Shown: positions 25,363-38,858 of the stretch, piece by piece
Numbering within the stretch: position 1 is the stretch's first letter
Layout: every line of letters starts with the position of its first letter
Source of the DNA: Trichoplax adhaerens
Taxonomy: Eukaryota > Animalia > Placozoa
NCBI RefSeq assembly: GCF_000150275.1
Contig: NW_002060952.1
Coordinates: forward strand, 208,482-272,481
Direction: 5' to 3'
Length of the DNA: 64,000 bases
Position numbers and translations under genes: made by a program
The notes under the pieces: generated by a model
Seen by the model: the letters and a program-made list of their open reading frames with translations, nothing else
What the model was told of the DNA's origin: nothing
Database searches by the model: none

Positions 25363-28300
25363 ATGGAAGCTTCAGACGTCGACGAATTACCCAGAATCAA
25401 TAACGATAATAATACGGATCAAGTTGCAGCCAAGCTATCCGCCTTGAATTTAGGTCAGTGCTAATCACTACAGTTTATGAATCGATCGGTTATCGGTTTT
25501 AAATCACCGATTTCAATGCTGACCATTAAGAAGTTGAAATCGCTGCTGCTTGAAGCAGTATTTCAATCAACGATACTAGAGACAGTAGAGAAATTCTCCA
25601 GGGTCTCTCAACGACACCATTGGAAGACACAAAATTCGTTCATTGAGCCAAGCCAAATCAAACGATTTGCAGTGGTAGCTTATAATCTTCAAGCGTAACT
25701 TGGCTATTAATTGAGTGAAAGACTTCAGACGTAGACACACATTATCCAAAGTTAATAGCGATAATAATACTGATCAAATTACAGCCAAGTTAGCTACCAT
25801 AAATTTAGCTAAGTCGAATCCCTGTAGTTTATAAATCTGTCGGTTGGGGGTTGCCAGGTAGTATGGGATTGTCCTCCTCTGCATGAACCGACTGTATGAC
25901 TCGAATGCTGACGCTCTCCCTTGTGTCAGGTGGCAGGTTTCCACAGCAACTGCACATCTTTCTAGTCTCTAAACGAAACTAAGCAAACCTAAATTCGATT
26001 CAAAAGTCATCTCCTGTTTGGGCATACTTTCATTAAAGCAAATTTTACCTCCCAAATGATACCCTAACAATTTTAAAGATATTATTATCTTGCAGTAGGT
26101 AATTCGTTAGCCTTTGCAAATGATGATTTCTATAAGGTGCATGCATGCATTGTGTCTTTTCTTGAAATAGGAAATAATAAGGAAAATCAGCCAATCGACA
26201 AAGTGTTACAGGCTAAATTCAATAAACTCATTTCCAAAGGCAAAGAATTAATTAAAGAATATGATTATAAGACAGCATTAAAATTGTTCGAGAAAGCGAA
26301 TTCAATCCAAAGTTCTGATAAATTGTACAGGAGAATACAGAGATTGAAGGTACGATATACACAACTGATCATGGAATGCAGCAAAATTTTTAGCTTGACT
26401 GTATCAGCTAAGAAATATTGATTGCACATTAGGAAGCAATTGCAGAAGATGACAACGAAAGTAATGATGCGGATGAAGTAGCAACATCCATTGATATTGG
26501 TAACGGCTGTATTCTAGAAAGAGAATTGTATAACCATTTATATGATTACCAGCGCGATGGAGTTGCTTGGCTATGGAGGATTTACAAAGATAAAGACGGC
26601 GGTATCTTAGCTGATGATATGGGGTAAGAAACGATCTACAAACTACAACTCTTCTATAATGATATATTTTAAATTATCTTTGTTTACGTTTCAATCCAAT
26701 AATGTAAAGTGCATCTTTATTGCTGAGGTGGACATTTTTAGCAACTTTATGTAGCGTAATATAAATCTGAGTGATGACTGTTTTTCATTCGTTACGAGCA
26801 GTCTTGGAAAGACTCTCCAATCTATTACTTTTATAACAGCATTATCAAATGAAAAGAAAAGGGCAGCTATTATTATTGTTGTTCCATTATCATTAATGGA
26901 AAACTGGGAAGCTGAATTTAAAAAATGGTTGGTAGCATAATAACTTTAAAATTATGACATTTTAAACATTCAATACCCAATGTTAGCTTATAATTTTCAC
27001 TCTTTAAATATGTTTTTAAAGATTATTGTTATTTTGAATTGAGAGTAGCTATAAATTTACAAGTTTTAATTCTCAATTATATAGGAATCCACAGATTAGG
27101 GTTGGTAAATTTCATGGTTCTAATAAGCAAGCTCGCGATATCACCAAAAATAACATTCAAAACAGGGGTGGTATATTGCTAACTACATACGGTAAAATTT
27201 TCATTATATTTCAGCTAGATGTAAAAATAATCTAGTTTAATGCCTAAATAAAGAATCTACTTTCTATAGATAAAGTAAATCTATTAAAGTTACAAATTTT
27301 ATTCATGCGATTTTGAATACAAATATATATGTAATGCGTGCTATTAAAATCTGTCTATTAGGTTTGATTGCCGCATCTAATTCGCTCAGCAAGGACAAAT
27401 ATGGGCATGTTTTCGTTTGGGTAATTGTTACATCTACGTAATTTATTTATTAATTGAGAACTAATATAGGAATGTTAATTCAATTTAGTTTATTACTGAA
27501 ACACAACCATATAATGTTGTTGTATTATCATTATGCTGTAATTACTGTTTCTGTCGTAAATTCTTTAAAATTCAATTGTAACATATCTCATTTATTCAGG
27601 ACATATCTAAAATAACAGCTGGAAAAATTTTTCTGGATCATTTAGATTATATTACTACAGCTTATGAGGACTAACCATAAATGTAATGTCACATAATAAT
27701 GTCATTTAATTAAAATTACAGGATGTTATTCTATTGGATGAAGGACATAAAATAAAAAATTCTACTAAAACTAGTAAAATGCTTCGTGAGATTCGATCGA
27801 GGCGTAGGATCGTTCTTACAGGAACTCCCATTCAAAATAATTTGAAGGTAGCCTAGAATACTATTGATTTTTAATTCATTGTTTCATTGCATTATTTTTA
27901 ATTTTAAATTGTATAGTACTCCGAAAGTTACTAATAAAGTTTTCAATCGTAACGTAAAATTTCTACCTTGTGCGTACATTTAGTGTAGTAAATAGTTGTA
28001 GTTAAATAACTACATGAACTCTATGATTTCTTTCAGTGTAATTAAAAAATAGTATTATTACTGCATATATGCATACATATAATATTGCAGAACAGTATAT
28101 GAGTATCAGGCTGTGATGGTAAATTAAACTTGGTATGCGGTAGTTGTTCGCACTTTTACTGCAATTCACTATCTGGACTCAACTTTTTTCGCGTAGGAAT
28201 TGTGGTCGCTACTAGATTACGTTTGTCAAGGCAAATTATTAGGCAGCCTTAAAACTTTTCAAATGCAGTATGAAGCTCCCATCGTTCGCGTAAGTAATGA

Positions 28301-31300
28301 TATTATTATAGAACCTCTTCACGGATGTCGTGGTAGCACCTCTAATCAAACTCTAGACCAATAACTTAATAAAGAGTATGTACAGTATAAATATTATTTT
28401 TGCATATTACAGGGTCGTGAGAAAGATGCAACTGACGATGAGCGCCATTTAGGTAACAGTATGTCTGAAAGTTTGCAGAAATTGATTAAGCCCTATATAC
28501 TTCGCCGGACGAAAGCAATCATGAAAGCAAGAGAAAAACAGCCTACGAAACCAGACCATGCATTCCAGGACTCGTGTTCTAATCCTAGCCAGACTATTTG
28601 GTATACATTTCTTATATTCGATTGCTTATATGTATGCAATGGAATTTTATGACAATAATTGATCACCGTAGTCATTCCTTAATTCATTCCAGCTCAAGAG
28701 AGCCTCCTACTTTAATGAGGAAAAATGATTTCGTGATTTGGTTACCGTTAAGTAAAACACAAATAAAGATTTATAAAGACTTTTTGACGTTGGACCGCGT
28801 AAAAAACGTAACAGCTTAGGCGTAACCTAATTTTTGCCAGTGTTACATTGTACCTAAGGCAATGTAGTTTGTGCGAAATTTCATTAGATAATTTCTGTAT
28901 TTCGCACTATTTTTGCAAATACAGCCTTTTCATGTTAACCGCTCTTTTAAGTCAATCTTTTTCTCCTTAATTGAAGGTTTTAATGTCTTCGCATTCTCCA
29001 TTAACCGAATTAACAGTCTTAAAAAAGATTTGTGACCATCCACGTTTGCTATCGTCTCATGCCTGTTCGGAACTAGGGCTTGAAGAGTACGTAGATCTTT
29101 ACCAGCCTCCACTGGATTAATTGCGTATTACACTATCGATCTAATTTTGATCTCGAATAGGGATGATGACGATGAAGTGGTAGAGTACAAAGATTTTGCT
29201 AGAAGCCTTCCCGCTATTAGAGTACTTTTGGAGGAAGCAGGAAAATTACAGCTTTTAGCAGATTTATTAGAAAATTTTGAAATAAATGGTCATCGGTGTT
29301 TAATCTTTAGCCAGTCGCGTAAGATGCTGAATATTATTCAAAAAGTTGTAACAGAGAGAGTGAGTTGCTGCCCTGATTATATCTTCTTTGACTTCTTATT
29401 CTTTAATGAAGTAATAAAAACCAATCCATTTCTTAGGGTTATAAGATGTTAAGAATTGACGGTACAGTTACTAAACCTGGTAGAAGAATGGAACTAGTGC
29501 AAGAATTTCAAACTAATTCTTCTTACCTATGCTTTTTACTAACGACTCAGGTTGAGGCATCATTCTGTAGAATGATTAGTATACTGTATTTATAATATTC
29601 TCTTAGAAGATTTTTCAGAAATTAATTTCTAAATGCATCGTTGGCCACAAGAAAATCGATTAAGTTATAGCTTATTTTATAAATACATGTTACAGGTGGG
29701 AGGCGTAGGTCTAAATCTAACTGCAGCAGACCGTGTGATAATCTGTACGTATGTGTATGCTGTAGATGTATTATTTCATTAATTTTAGTTAAAAAATGTT
29801 TTAGTTTTAAATTTTATTACGGTATTGTAATAGTTAGCATACAAGTAGCTTATGCTTAAAATTTTGGATACCAATTGTAACTTGATGATAGAATCATTTC
29901 AATTTTTTTTCAGTCGATCCAAGCTGGAACCCAGCGACTGACGCCCAAGCCGTAGATAGGTACTCTAGGATTTAGGCTGCATTATTTGCAATATTTAATT
30001 AAGTTAATGAAATTATATAACTTTAGAAGCAACGTTATATCAACTTCAAAGTATTTAATTAATTTAGAGTGTATCGAATCGGACAATCCCATAATGTAAT
30101 AATATATCGCTTAATCACTTGTGGGACTGTGGAAGAGAAAATATATAGACGTCAAATCTTTAAATATTCAATCATAAATCAGACTACTGGTAGTACTAAA
30201 GATCCTTTTAGGTATTAAATACATAAATTCTTAGGTCTAGTTAGGTGTAAAATATTAACAAAGAATTTATATTTATAATATTATTATAATTATAGATACT
30301 TTAGCAAGCAAGAACTGTATGACATGTTTGCACTAGATTCTCCTCATGTATCAAATACTCAAGTACAGTTAGAAAAGATGCATGCATCAGAGAGAAAAAC
30401 AGATCCTGATTTAGAAGCCCACATAAAATTTCTAAAAACTTTAGGTATGATCTCATACGGAGCGTACTCTATCTGAAACACTATCACGATTCATTATTAA
30501 CAACTATCATTTATGCAGGCATCTTTGGAATAAGTGATCATGACCTAATGTTTAGCAAGGAAGAAAAAACTCGGTCTATGGTTGATGAAAGTAGTCAAGA
30601 ATATATTAAAGCCAGGGTAATTAATATCATTTAAGGCTGGATTTGAAATTTCTCATTTTTTGAATATAGTCCATTTACCTTGTATATCCGTAGATCCAGA
30701 ATGCTCAAAGAGCTATTACGGCAGAATCAGACATGGTCAAAAATACTGGTCTAGTGACTGCTTTAGGCATCACTTCCTTTCCATCTATTGTACCGAAATT
30801 TGGTCAGAGTGAAAAAAAATCTCAACAGAAATCTCGTACTGCTAAAGCTAGCAAGCAAATGGAATCTGTTAAGTTTTGCCTTCCAGATTCTGAATTATTT
30901 GTTCCGTCCAAGTCGGATAAAAAAAATAACACCATTCAACATATCCCGTCAGTTTCAAGAATATTAGAAAAAAAGAATATAACGATTAATAAAGTTATTT
31001 CTTCCGAGACACAATATAAATCTAAAAAGCTTGATTTACAAGATGTAGCATCAACTAATGTGCATGAAACGATAGAGGAAGACTATTCCGAAGCTATAAC
31101 AAAAACGTTATCGGAAATTTCGTTAACTGATAATAAGAACATAAAACAAAACAGTGATGATAATGTTGTTGAAAATGGTAAGAAACTTATTACTTTAAAA
31201 TTAATGTGGTCTCTGCTAAGTTTTTTATGAATAGATTTAGAGATAAATTATAAATTTTGATAATCATATTGGGCAGTTAGTGATTACTGTGACTATCACT

Positions 31301-32314
31301 GTCATTTTTGTTGTATATTTCGAGTTTTTGACATATACTAAAGGTTTCATATTTGCAGAGTATAAAGAAATGCACATGCATAACCCAGTTGAATCGGAAT
31401 CAGAAGAAAGTATAGCATTACTAGAAACTAACTGTGGTAATGAAGATGACAGCGTAAGTCCTTGTAACAAAAGTCAAAAAGATTGTCGGAAAGAGGCAGC
31501 AACTGGAAGTAATTTTAATGAGAAACTCAGCTCTCCGTCCAATTTTGAGGATGTTACAAGAAAAACGAGCTTGATTCCAAAGACTTTGCTTAACAATGAA
31601 CAGGAAATACCCATGAACCGATCTCATAATACGAAGGTGTCTGTAAATTCCTCCACATTATCAGTTGACAGCAATTCCAGTGGCAACGATAAATCTTCCT
31701 CCAGCGAATTCTTTGATTGCGAATGCAATAGTCCTGATTTAAAAGAAAGTGAGGTAGTATGGACCTTTAGTTTTACAAACTTTAACTCGATGAACATACT
31801 TACAGTAGTTAACTAATTATAGAAATCGTAAATCATTAATTTCCAATCCTCAGGTTTTAAACTACTCTAAAACTACTGCACAGAAATCAAATTCTTATTA
31901 TAATGAAAGGTAGGAAACTCTATTTCTGGAATTATTAATTCTATTGTATAGAATAACCTTGTCTTCAGTATTACCATAAAACGAATTATTTATACTATTC
32001 GACAGTTCTACATACGTTTCAACACCCCTCTTTTTATTGATAATATAAATTTAGTGTATTATTGCCATTGTATCATATACTTTTATAACAATTTTTGTTC
32101 GTAGTTAAGACTATAACTATTTAATAAAAGATATTGCTATGTACTTATATGATAATCCAATACAAATAGAGAAAATAAGTGGTTCACATTGAGCGAAGCA
32201 TGCGATAATCTACAATCAAACCATGAAGACCTTGAAGCTCAGTTGCAGCTATTGAAGGTTGCTAATGAAGTCGGTTTATCCATACGCAATGATAATGGAG
32301 GGAATTCTAGATAA
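25363..32314 (+). CDS. ERCC6L: SNF2-family DNA translocase PICH, ~22 exons
   Basis: N-terminal TPR ([27 protein letters not shown]), [169 protein letters not shown]; C-terminal TPR-like last exon; TAA at 32312-32314. Confidence 0.93.
25507..25846 (+). pseudogene. Degenerate tandem duplicate of the ERCC6L 5'UTR + first exon, inside intron 1
   Basis: Aligns to 25166-25495; ATGGAAGCTTCAGACGTC becomes GTGAAAGACTTCAGACGTA, and donor TTAG/GTCAGT becomes TTAG/CTAAGT. Confidence 0.85.
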
Positions 32315-33026
32315 ACTCTTTCTTGTCAGACGATTTGTGGATTAAATAAGCCGAAAAGTTATATCGATAATTTATCCAAATTATCTGTTAACTACTGATT
32401 AATTTGATTGTACATAAATTTTTACTATAGAAAGTCATCAAGCTTAATGTATTTGCATATCTTTGTTTATTATATCGTACCGCATGGTTGCTGTTGAGGA
32501 GCTAACAAAATCGTAGCGCCATTATCATATGTTGATCGCAATTCAAATAGATAGTTTTATTGAATTTTAATATTAAAACCTATAAAGGGCATGGTTTACG
32601 AATTGTAATATAACTTACAGTATTATCCAATCTTTAATTATTGTAATAAACATGATTAAAATTATATAACAAATCATTACTAAATCTTGTATACGAGTAT
32701 GTATAAAGTTTGTACTTTGCAAAATGCAGTGAACTCTCCGTTACCTATTTACATATCAGACCGAAATAACTGCATTTATAATTAATACATTAAAGCGACA
32801 GATAGTGCTGATGCTAAATCGAATAATAATAGTATTGGTAATTTACAATAAGAAAAGAAAAAATTGATAATAATCTTGTACTCCACATGCATTACTTGAT
32901 CTGGTAAACTTGTTTTCTTAAATCTTCAGTTACTGTTCACTTGAGTTTTTTTAGCAATTTTCTTTCAATATAGTCGAAGTTTATATAAAAAGTGAGTTAG
33001 CCAATTGTATCTAGTTTACTTCATAG

Positions 33027-34507
33027 TTATTTAATAGTTATTTCACAGCAGAAGCAATTGATAACATCACAGCTCGGTACTTGACATGTGCATTGACAGC
33101 AGTTGGTATCGCTGCAGCCTGTACAGCATCCATCGCTGCACCCATCGCAACAGCCATCGCAACAGCCATCACAACAGCCATTGCAGCATCCTTGGCAACA
33201 TCCCTGACAAGGATTTTGAGGAGTTCCGCAAGACTAATTTAAGATAAATTTTAACATTTGATTACTGTACTAAAAAAGCAACTGCTATAATAAGAAGCAT
33301 TTATTGTTTTCTATCAGCCTGAAAGCGATAATTTTAATTTAAATTTACATACTTCTGGATTCGGGCAAAATAAATCAGCAACACCTTGTTTGCTAGGAAG
33401 TTTAAAATCACAAGTTTGGGCAAAACTCATAAAACAAGACGCGGCAGATGCACGACAACCAGTACAACATTGGAATGAGTCACAAAATTTATTACAATAT
33501 CCTTTATCCTATGAAATAATTGAAACAGTTAATCTAGAATATAATCTAGTTGCATTCATATCTACGAGTACCACAAGTTACAAATGATACAAGCAATAGA
33601 TACTGAGGTAAATAAGATTTTACAAATGGCGTACTTGCACAATTTTTCTCACGATTAAAGCTATAATTACTAGGAAGACCCATCCACCGACGGCAATGGC
33701 AACAATAACAGCTGTAGGAAATTGCTCTATCGCTGGTGACTGTAATAAAATGACAATTGATCTATTTAATCAATCCATATCAATTGCTATAGCAGTAAAT
33801 ATTTCCAATTAATCTTAAATCGCTACTATTTCTACTCTTATATGCGTATATAGAGCCTGAAAAGGAAAAGTTTAAAATATTGCACGTTTATGAGCGCAAA
33901 AATAATGAAGAATTCTAACGCTATCGCAAGACTTTATTCATATCCTATGATTAAGAGTACATGATGACTACATTAAGCCTTGACACATGCTCTATATTTG
34001 CAAAATTGTCGTTGTTAGCTAAAGTCTTCGTATATAGTATTAATCAGAGAATTGATTTCAGCTATCGATTCTGTAGTGCTATAATCCGTATCAATAACAT
34101 ACGTTTGAATATATTGCAATATAATTACTATCGGATGGCATCTACGTATGCATGCTATTGACGCAAGCATACATACTTTTATACTTCGAGATCTTAATGG
34201 CTATATAACATAAATATATGAGTATGTATAAGGTAGTTATTACTGAAATCCATACACTGTAGTAGATGAAAATGTAGTTAGTTAAACGTAGACGTATATG
34301 GATGGATGCAGTACAGTATACGGGTATGACGTTTTTAGTTACAAGCCTTCTAAATTGCTATCCTAGATTCTCATTCGTTTTATTCTGCACTGTTATTACA
34401 TTTATCTGATTTAATAATAATAAAAGATGCCGTAAAGTTCTTTAATAAATAATTTTCTCCTTATTTATAATACTTACCAGCGTTACGATATCTCCTTGAT
34501 TACTCAT
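33027..34507 (-). CDS. Uncharacterised 165-aa single-pass membrane protein with Cys-rich C-terminus; exons 34507-34478, 33739-33635, 33508-33353, 33233-33027
   Basis: Four exons with canonical GT-AG, all phase 0: MSNQGDIVTL|SPAIEQFPTAVIVAIAVGGWVFLVIIALIVRKIVQ|DKGYCNKFCDSFQCCTGCRASAASCFMSFAQTCDFKLPSKQGVADLFCPNPE|SCGTPQNPCQGCCQGCCNGCCDGCCDGCCDGCSDGCCTGCSDTNCCQCTCQVPSCDVINCFCCEITIK*. The first exon is less certain than the other three. Confidence 0.85.
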
Positions 34508-34959
34508 GCTTTTATTTTCGACATTGGAATTTGAAATTTGTAAACAAGTACTGTAGTTATACTTACCGAGTCTAAGTTTAATTATGACACTATACAGGTA
34601 TACTTGATTATAAATATATGTACGTATAGTGACGATCAATACGATATAATATGATTACTAAAATAAGTAGAAAAACTAACTAGAAATTCTTATACATAAA
34701 GCTGGACGACTAAATTTGACAGATATTAGTAGGTGACTTATATTGATCAAATCGACTACAATACGTATACGTAAAGGAATGACAGTAGAGTATATCGTCA
34801 TACAGTTCCACTCTCGATAGAAGTACTGCTTGTGCTCTATCCTGACTGTGAGCGCAATATTATTTTTACTAGTTAAATTTAATATACTGTCTGTTTAAAT
34901 TGATGGCACTTATTTAAACCGTTACCATTACAACCGTAAAACCGATTGATGTAATGTAG

Positions 34960-35180
34960 TTCAGTGTTGTCCATAGTCCGACGTCCGTATCAAATATGCT
35001 TTGTGCGATACTGTCCCATACAGTACGTAGTTCTGGAGGTGTACACTAGAGACCCTCTAGAGAGAGGTCTACTATCATCCATGACTATGCATAAGTATCG
35101 TATCCGTACTATACAGTACATAGTACTGTATGTTTTCTATGTGACTGTACAGTACTATACTGTACAGTATGTTCCAGTAT
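34960..35180. repeat. TACAG/CTGTA tract upstream of the Cys-rich gene
   Basis: GTACTATACAGTACATAGTACTGTA and ACTGTACAGTACTATACTGTACAGTA. Confidence 0.75.
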
Positions 35181-35930
35181 GAGTGTGTGGAACATCGAGG
35201 AAATGGGCATCTGAAAAGCGACCGACTGCCGGCTAGAACTTGCTGACTTATAAACGCCAACAAATACTATATATATATCTATCGATAGACGTAATATATA
35301 TGTTATGGTTATACTTGTAATTTATTTTCTTCACCAAAAATGTAATATTTCAAAAAAACATCAAAACGTAAATCAAAACACAAACAACATAGAATCAAGG
35401 GCTATAGCGGTAAACACTAATGAGAATTTAACATTTTTATTACTTTCTAGTTATCATTTAAATAGTAAATAGTAATACCGAAAGTTTACACGAACATGAT
35501 ATGCATGAGGATAAAATATCATATATATTATCGACCACTATGATTTGCAGTTAATAACAAATACTGTCAGCAGCATACTGGTAACAACTTCTCCTATATT
35601 ACTTTCTATACGTATATTCTATACTACAGCAATTATTATTAGAGAGCAAAATTGATACCGAATCGTATTCGTTGACCATGTTTATGCCATTTGAAATCAA
35701 ATCAACTTTATTTGTACTATTGAAACTTTCGAATTATTGATTAAGTTGATTTGCACGTGCACATAGTATCGCACTAGTATACTGTACTATGTGATAAGTA
35801 TGGTAGCACACGCATAAAAAAAGATAAAGATTTTATTACCCTTATAAATCACAGATTACTAAAAGTAATCAATGAATGATGCCAATTAAATGTTCATTGA
35901 TTGTGGATCGTAAATTGATCTTTGCTCTTT

Positions 35931-36911
35931 TTACAGTGATTGTGGTGGTGCTAAACCAGTCATTTCTTCACTTAATTTCCATAATCTTTTGGCTGCTTCG
36001 TCATCAAGAGCATGAGGCTTCATCTGTACCGGTCTACAATTTTCAAAATATAGGCCAGTCATGCCATTAATTTCCTCAGAAACAGCAAGTTGAATGGTTG
36101 TTTGAGCGCCTTGTTTGGCTGATTTAAAAAACATCAAGGCCACTGGATATCCAACTAGCTTGGTGCATGGATTCATATGTCTAAAAATTTCAGTTCTCAC
36201 CGACCCTGGATGTAATGTATTGACAAGGATACCATGTCCTTCGAGTCTTTTGGCAAGCTCTCGAGTGAAATAGACATTAGCCAACTTGCTTTGACAGTAG
36301 ACGTTGAGGTAATTAAAATCTTTCTCATTTTGAATATCATCAAAATTAATGGATCGTATGAGTGAGTGGCCCCAAGACGCCACGACTACAATACGACTAT
36401 TTTTACTTTCTTTAATTTTATCCAATACTAGATTGGTTAACAAAAAATGACCGAAATGATTGACACCCATAATCATTTCTAAACCATCTTCGGTTAATTG
36501 CCTTTCACATGCTACACCGGCATTATTAACTAAAATATCCAGACTTTTCTCATTTTTATTAATATCTTCAGCAAAACTTCGAATAGACTTAAACGATGCC
36601 AAATCTAAATGTTTGAACACAACGTTGTCATTGCCAGTGGCTTGACGAATGTCTTGAGCGGCACTTTCACCTTTTGTTTCGTTCCTACATGCGAGAATAA
36701 CTCTAGCCCCTCTTTTAGCGAAATCGATCGCAGTTTCCTTGCCAATACCAGTGTTTCCTCCTGTAATGATGGTGACCTTGTTGTCTAATCGGACTTTACT
36801 GCGACAACTTCGAGCCCAAAGTACCCCAATGACGGCGTAGAGTAGACCCATACTAACAACGATGACAGCAGCACCAGCAAGCCAAGGTACTTCACTTAAT
36901 AATTCAATCAT
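35931..36911 (-). CDS. Retinol dehydrogenase 11-14-like SDR, intronless CDS, paralog A (326 aa)
   Basis: N-terminal hydrophobic anchor, TGGNTGIG, LACR, LDLAS, NNAG, VNHFGHFLLT, catalytic YCQSK, LHPG, GAQTTI, LWKLSE. Confidence 0.95.
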   Translation of the reverse strand: MIELLSEVPWLAGAAVIVVSMGLLYAVIGVLWARSCRSKVRLDNKVTIITGGNTGIGKETAIDFAKRGARVILACRNETKGESAAQDIRQATGNDNVVFKHLDLASFKSIRSFAEDINKNEKSLDILVNNAGVACERQLTEDGLEMIMGVNHFGHFLLTNLVLDKIKESKNSRIVVVASWGHSLIRSINFDDIQNEKDFNYLNVYCQSKLANVYFTRELAKRLEGHGILVNTLHPGSVRTEIFRHMNPCTKLVGYPVALMFFKSAKQGAQTTIQLAVSEEINGMTGLYFENCRPVQMKPHALDDEAAKRLWKLSEEMTGLAPPQSL

Positions 36912-37239
36912 CTCTTTCCAACTGTTGTCTTTCTTCTAACCAATGTATCCAAGTACAGCAATTGCCTCGTCCACTTGATGGAAAAGTATTCACTAAATCA
37001 ATTGGAAAGTCAGCTTTGACTTGATACTCGATTCTCGTTTTGCGGCTACTGTTTTTCCTCGACGCCGGCACCGGTTATGCTTGGCTATTTTGCAACACTG
37101 ACTAGCGTCTACCTACCTACTTGATTGCTGCTTTTTTATATAGAATTTGGTATGGCAGACGGCCTACGGATGTCCTACTCTATCGACGATTGAATTGAAG
37201 TTGGCATCTAGCAGATTGCCTAAAGGTCAAGGGTCAATG

Positions 37240-37710
37240 TGTACGTACAGTACAGGCAATCAACGTCCTGCGTCACCAGTACAGTACAGTATCGTATTTC
37301 TACAAGTCCATGATTGTACACTGTACACTGTACACTGTACAAGCTAAACAATAGATCCATGTCCTGTTACTGGCTGTTAGCACAATGATCCGTTGTTGAC
37401 CTGATTGTATTGTCCAGTACAGTGTACAGTGCACAGTAGTCCCGACTGTACACTGTACAGTACAGGTATAGTACTGTACTGTACAGTACATTGTACAGTA
37501 CAGTAGTGGAAGCGCGTGGATAAAATACTGTACATGGCATGAGTTAAAGGTGTATGGAACAGTATGCTGTACTGTACTGTACGTAATGATTTGTCCCACA
37601 TCTGAGATGTTTCAGCATACGCACTGTAGTACTGAACATCAAGTCAAGATTGCAAGTCCAAGATTTTACAGTACACACGAGTGTACTGTACACTGTAGTG
37701 TACAGTACAA
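37240..37710. repeat. TACAG/CTGTA tract upstream of SDR paralog A
   Basis: GTACTGTACTGTACAGTACATTGTACAGTACAGTA and similar runs. Confidence 0.85.
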
Positions 37711-38858
37711 TGTAGTGGAAATGCGTGTAAAATGGATGTCATAAATTTACGTGTCATTTGCACCATACGTAAACCATTTTATGCGACATCTCTTATAAAC
37801 GGTCCAAACTGCAGAGATCGACCAAACTGTACACAACTAACTATGGATTGACACTTGACAGCATATCCAGTAGTGTACAATGTGGTGGAAATGCGTGTAA
37901 AATGGATGTCATCAACGTAGGTGTCATTTGCACCATACGTAAACCATTTTGTGCGACATCTTTTATAAACGGTCCAAACTGCAGAGATCGACCAAACTGT
38001 ACACAACTAACTATGGATTGACAGCATATCCAGTAGTGTACAATGTGGTGGAAATGCGTGTAAAATGAATGTCATCAATGTAGGTGTCATTTGCAGCATA
38101 CGTAAACCATTTTGTGCGACATCTTTTATAAACGGTCCAAACTGCAGAGATCGACCAAACTGTACACAACTAACTATGGATTGACAGTACACTCTACTGT
38201 ACAATGTGGTGGAAATGCGTGTAAAATGGATGTCATAGATTTACGTGTCATTTGCAGCATACGTAAACCATTTTGTGCGACATCTGTTATAAACGGTCCA
38301 AACTGCAGAGATCGAACAAACTGTACACAACTCAACTATGGATTGACAGTACAGTACAGTACAATACACTCTACTGTACAATGTAGTACTGTATAAATGC
38401 GTGTAAAATGAATGTCATCAATGTAGGTGTCATTTGCAGCATACGTAAACCATTTTGTGCGACNATCTTTTATAAACGGTCCAAACTGCAGAGATCGACC
38501 AAACTGTACACAACTAACTATGGATTGACAGTACACTCTACTGTACAATGTGGTGGAAATGCGTGTAAAATGGATGTCATAGATTTACGTGTCATTTGCA
38601 GCATACGTAAACCATTTTGTGCGACATCTGTTATAAACGGTCCAAACTGCAGAGATCGAACAAACTGTACACAACTCAACTATGGATTGACAGTACAGTA
38701 CAGTACAATACACTCTACTGTACAATGTAGTACTGTATAAATGCGTGTAAAATGAATGTCATCAATGTAGGTGTCATTTGCAGCATACGTAAACCATTTT
38801 GTGCGACATCTCTTATAAACGGTCCAAACTGTACACAACTAACTATGGATTGACAGTA
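37696..38858. repeat. Satellite-like tandem array, 7 monomers of 162-183 bp; single N at 38464
   Basis: AAATGCGTGTAAAAT at ~37719, 37889, 38052, 38213, 38395, 38557, 38739; the last unit has a deletion between its two internal CCAAACTG repeats. Confidence 0.97.

Noticed and set aside
34469-34570. ATACTTACC (U1 snRNA 5' end) twice on the + strand
   Set aside because: No U1 body follows; these are minus-strand GGTAAGTAT splice donors of the Cys-rich gene.
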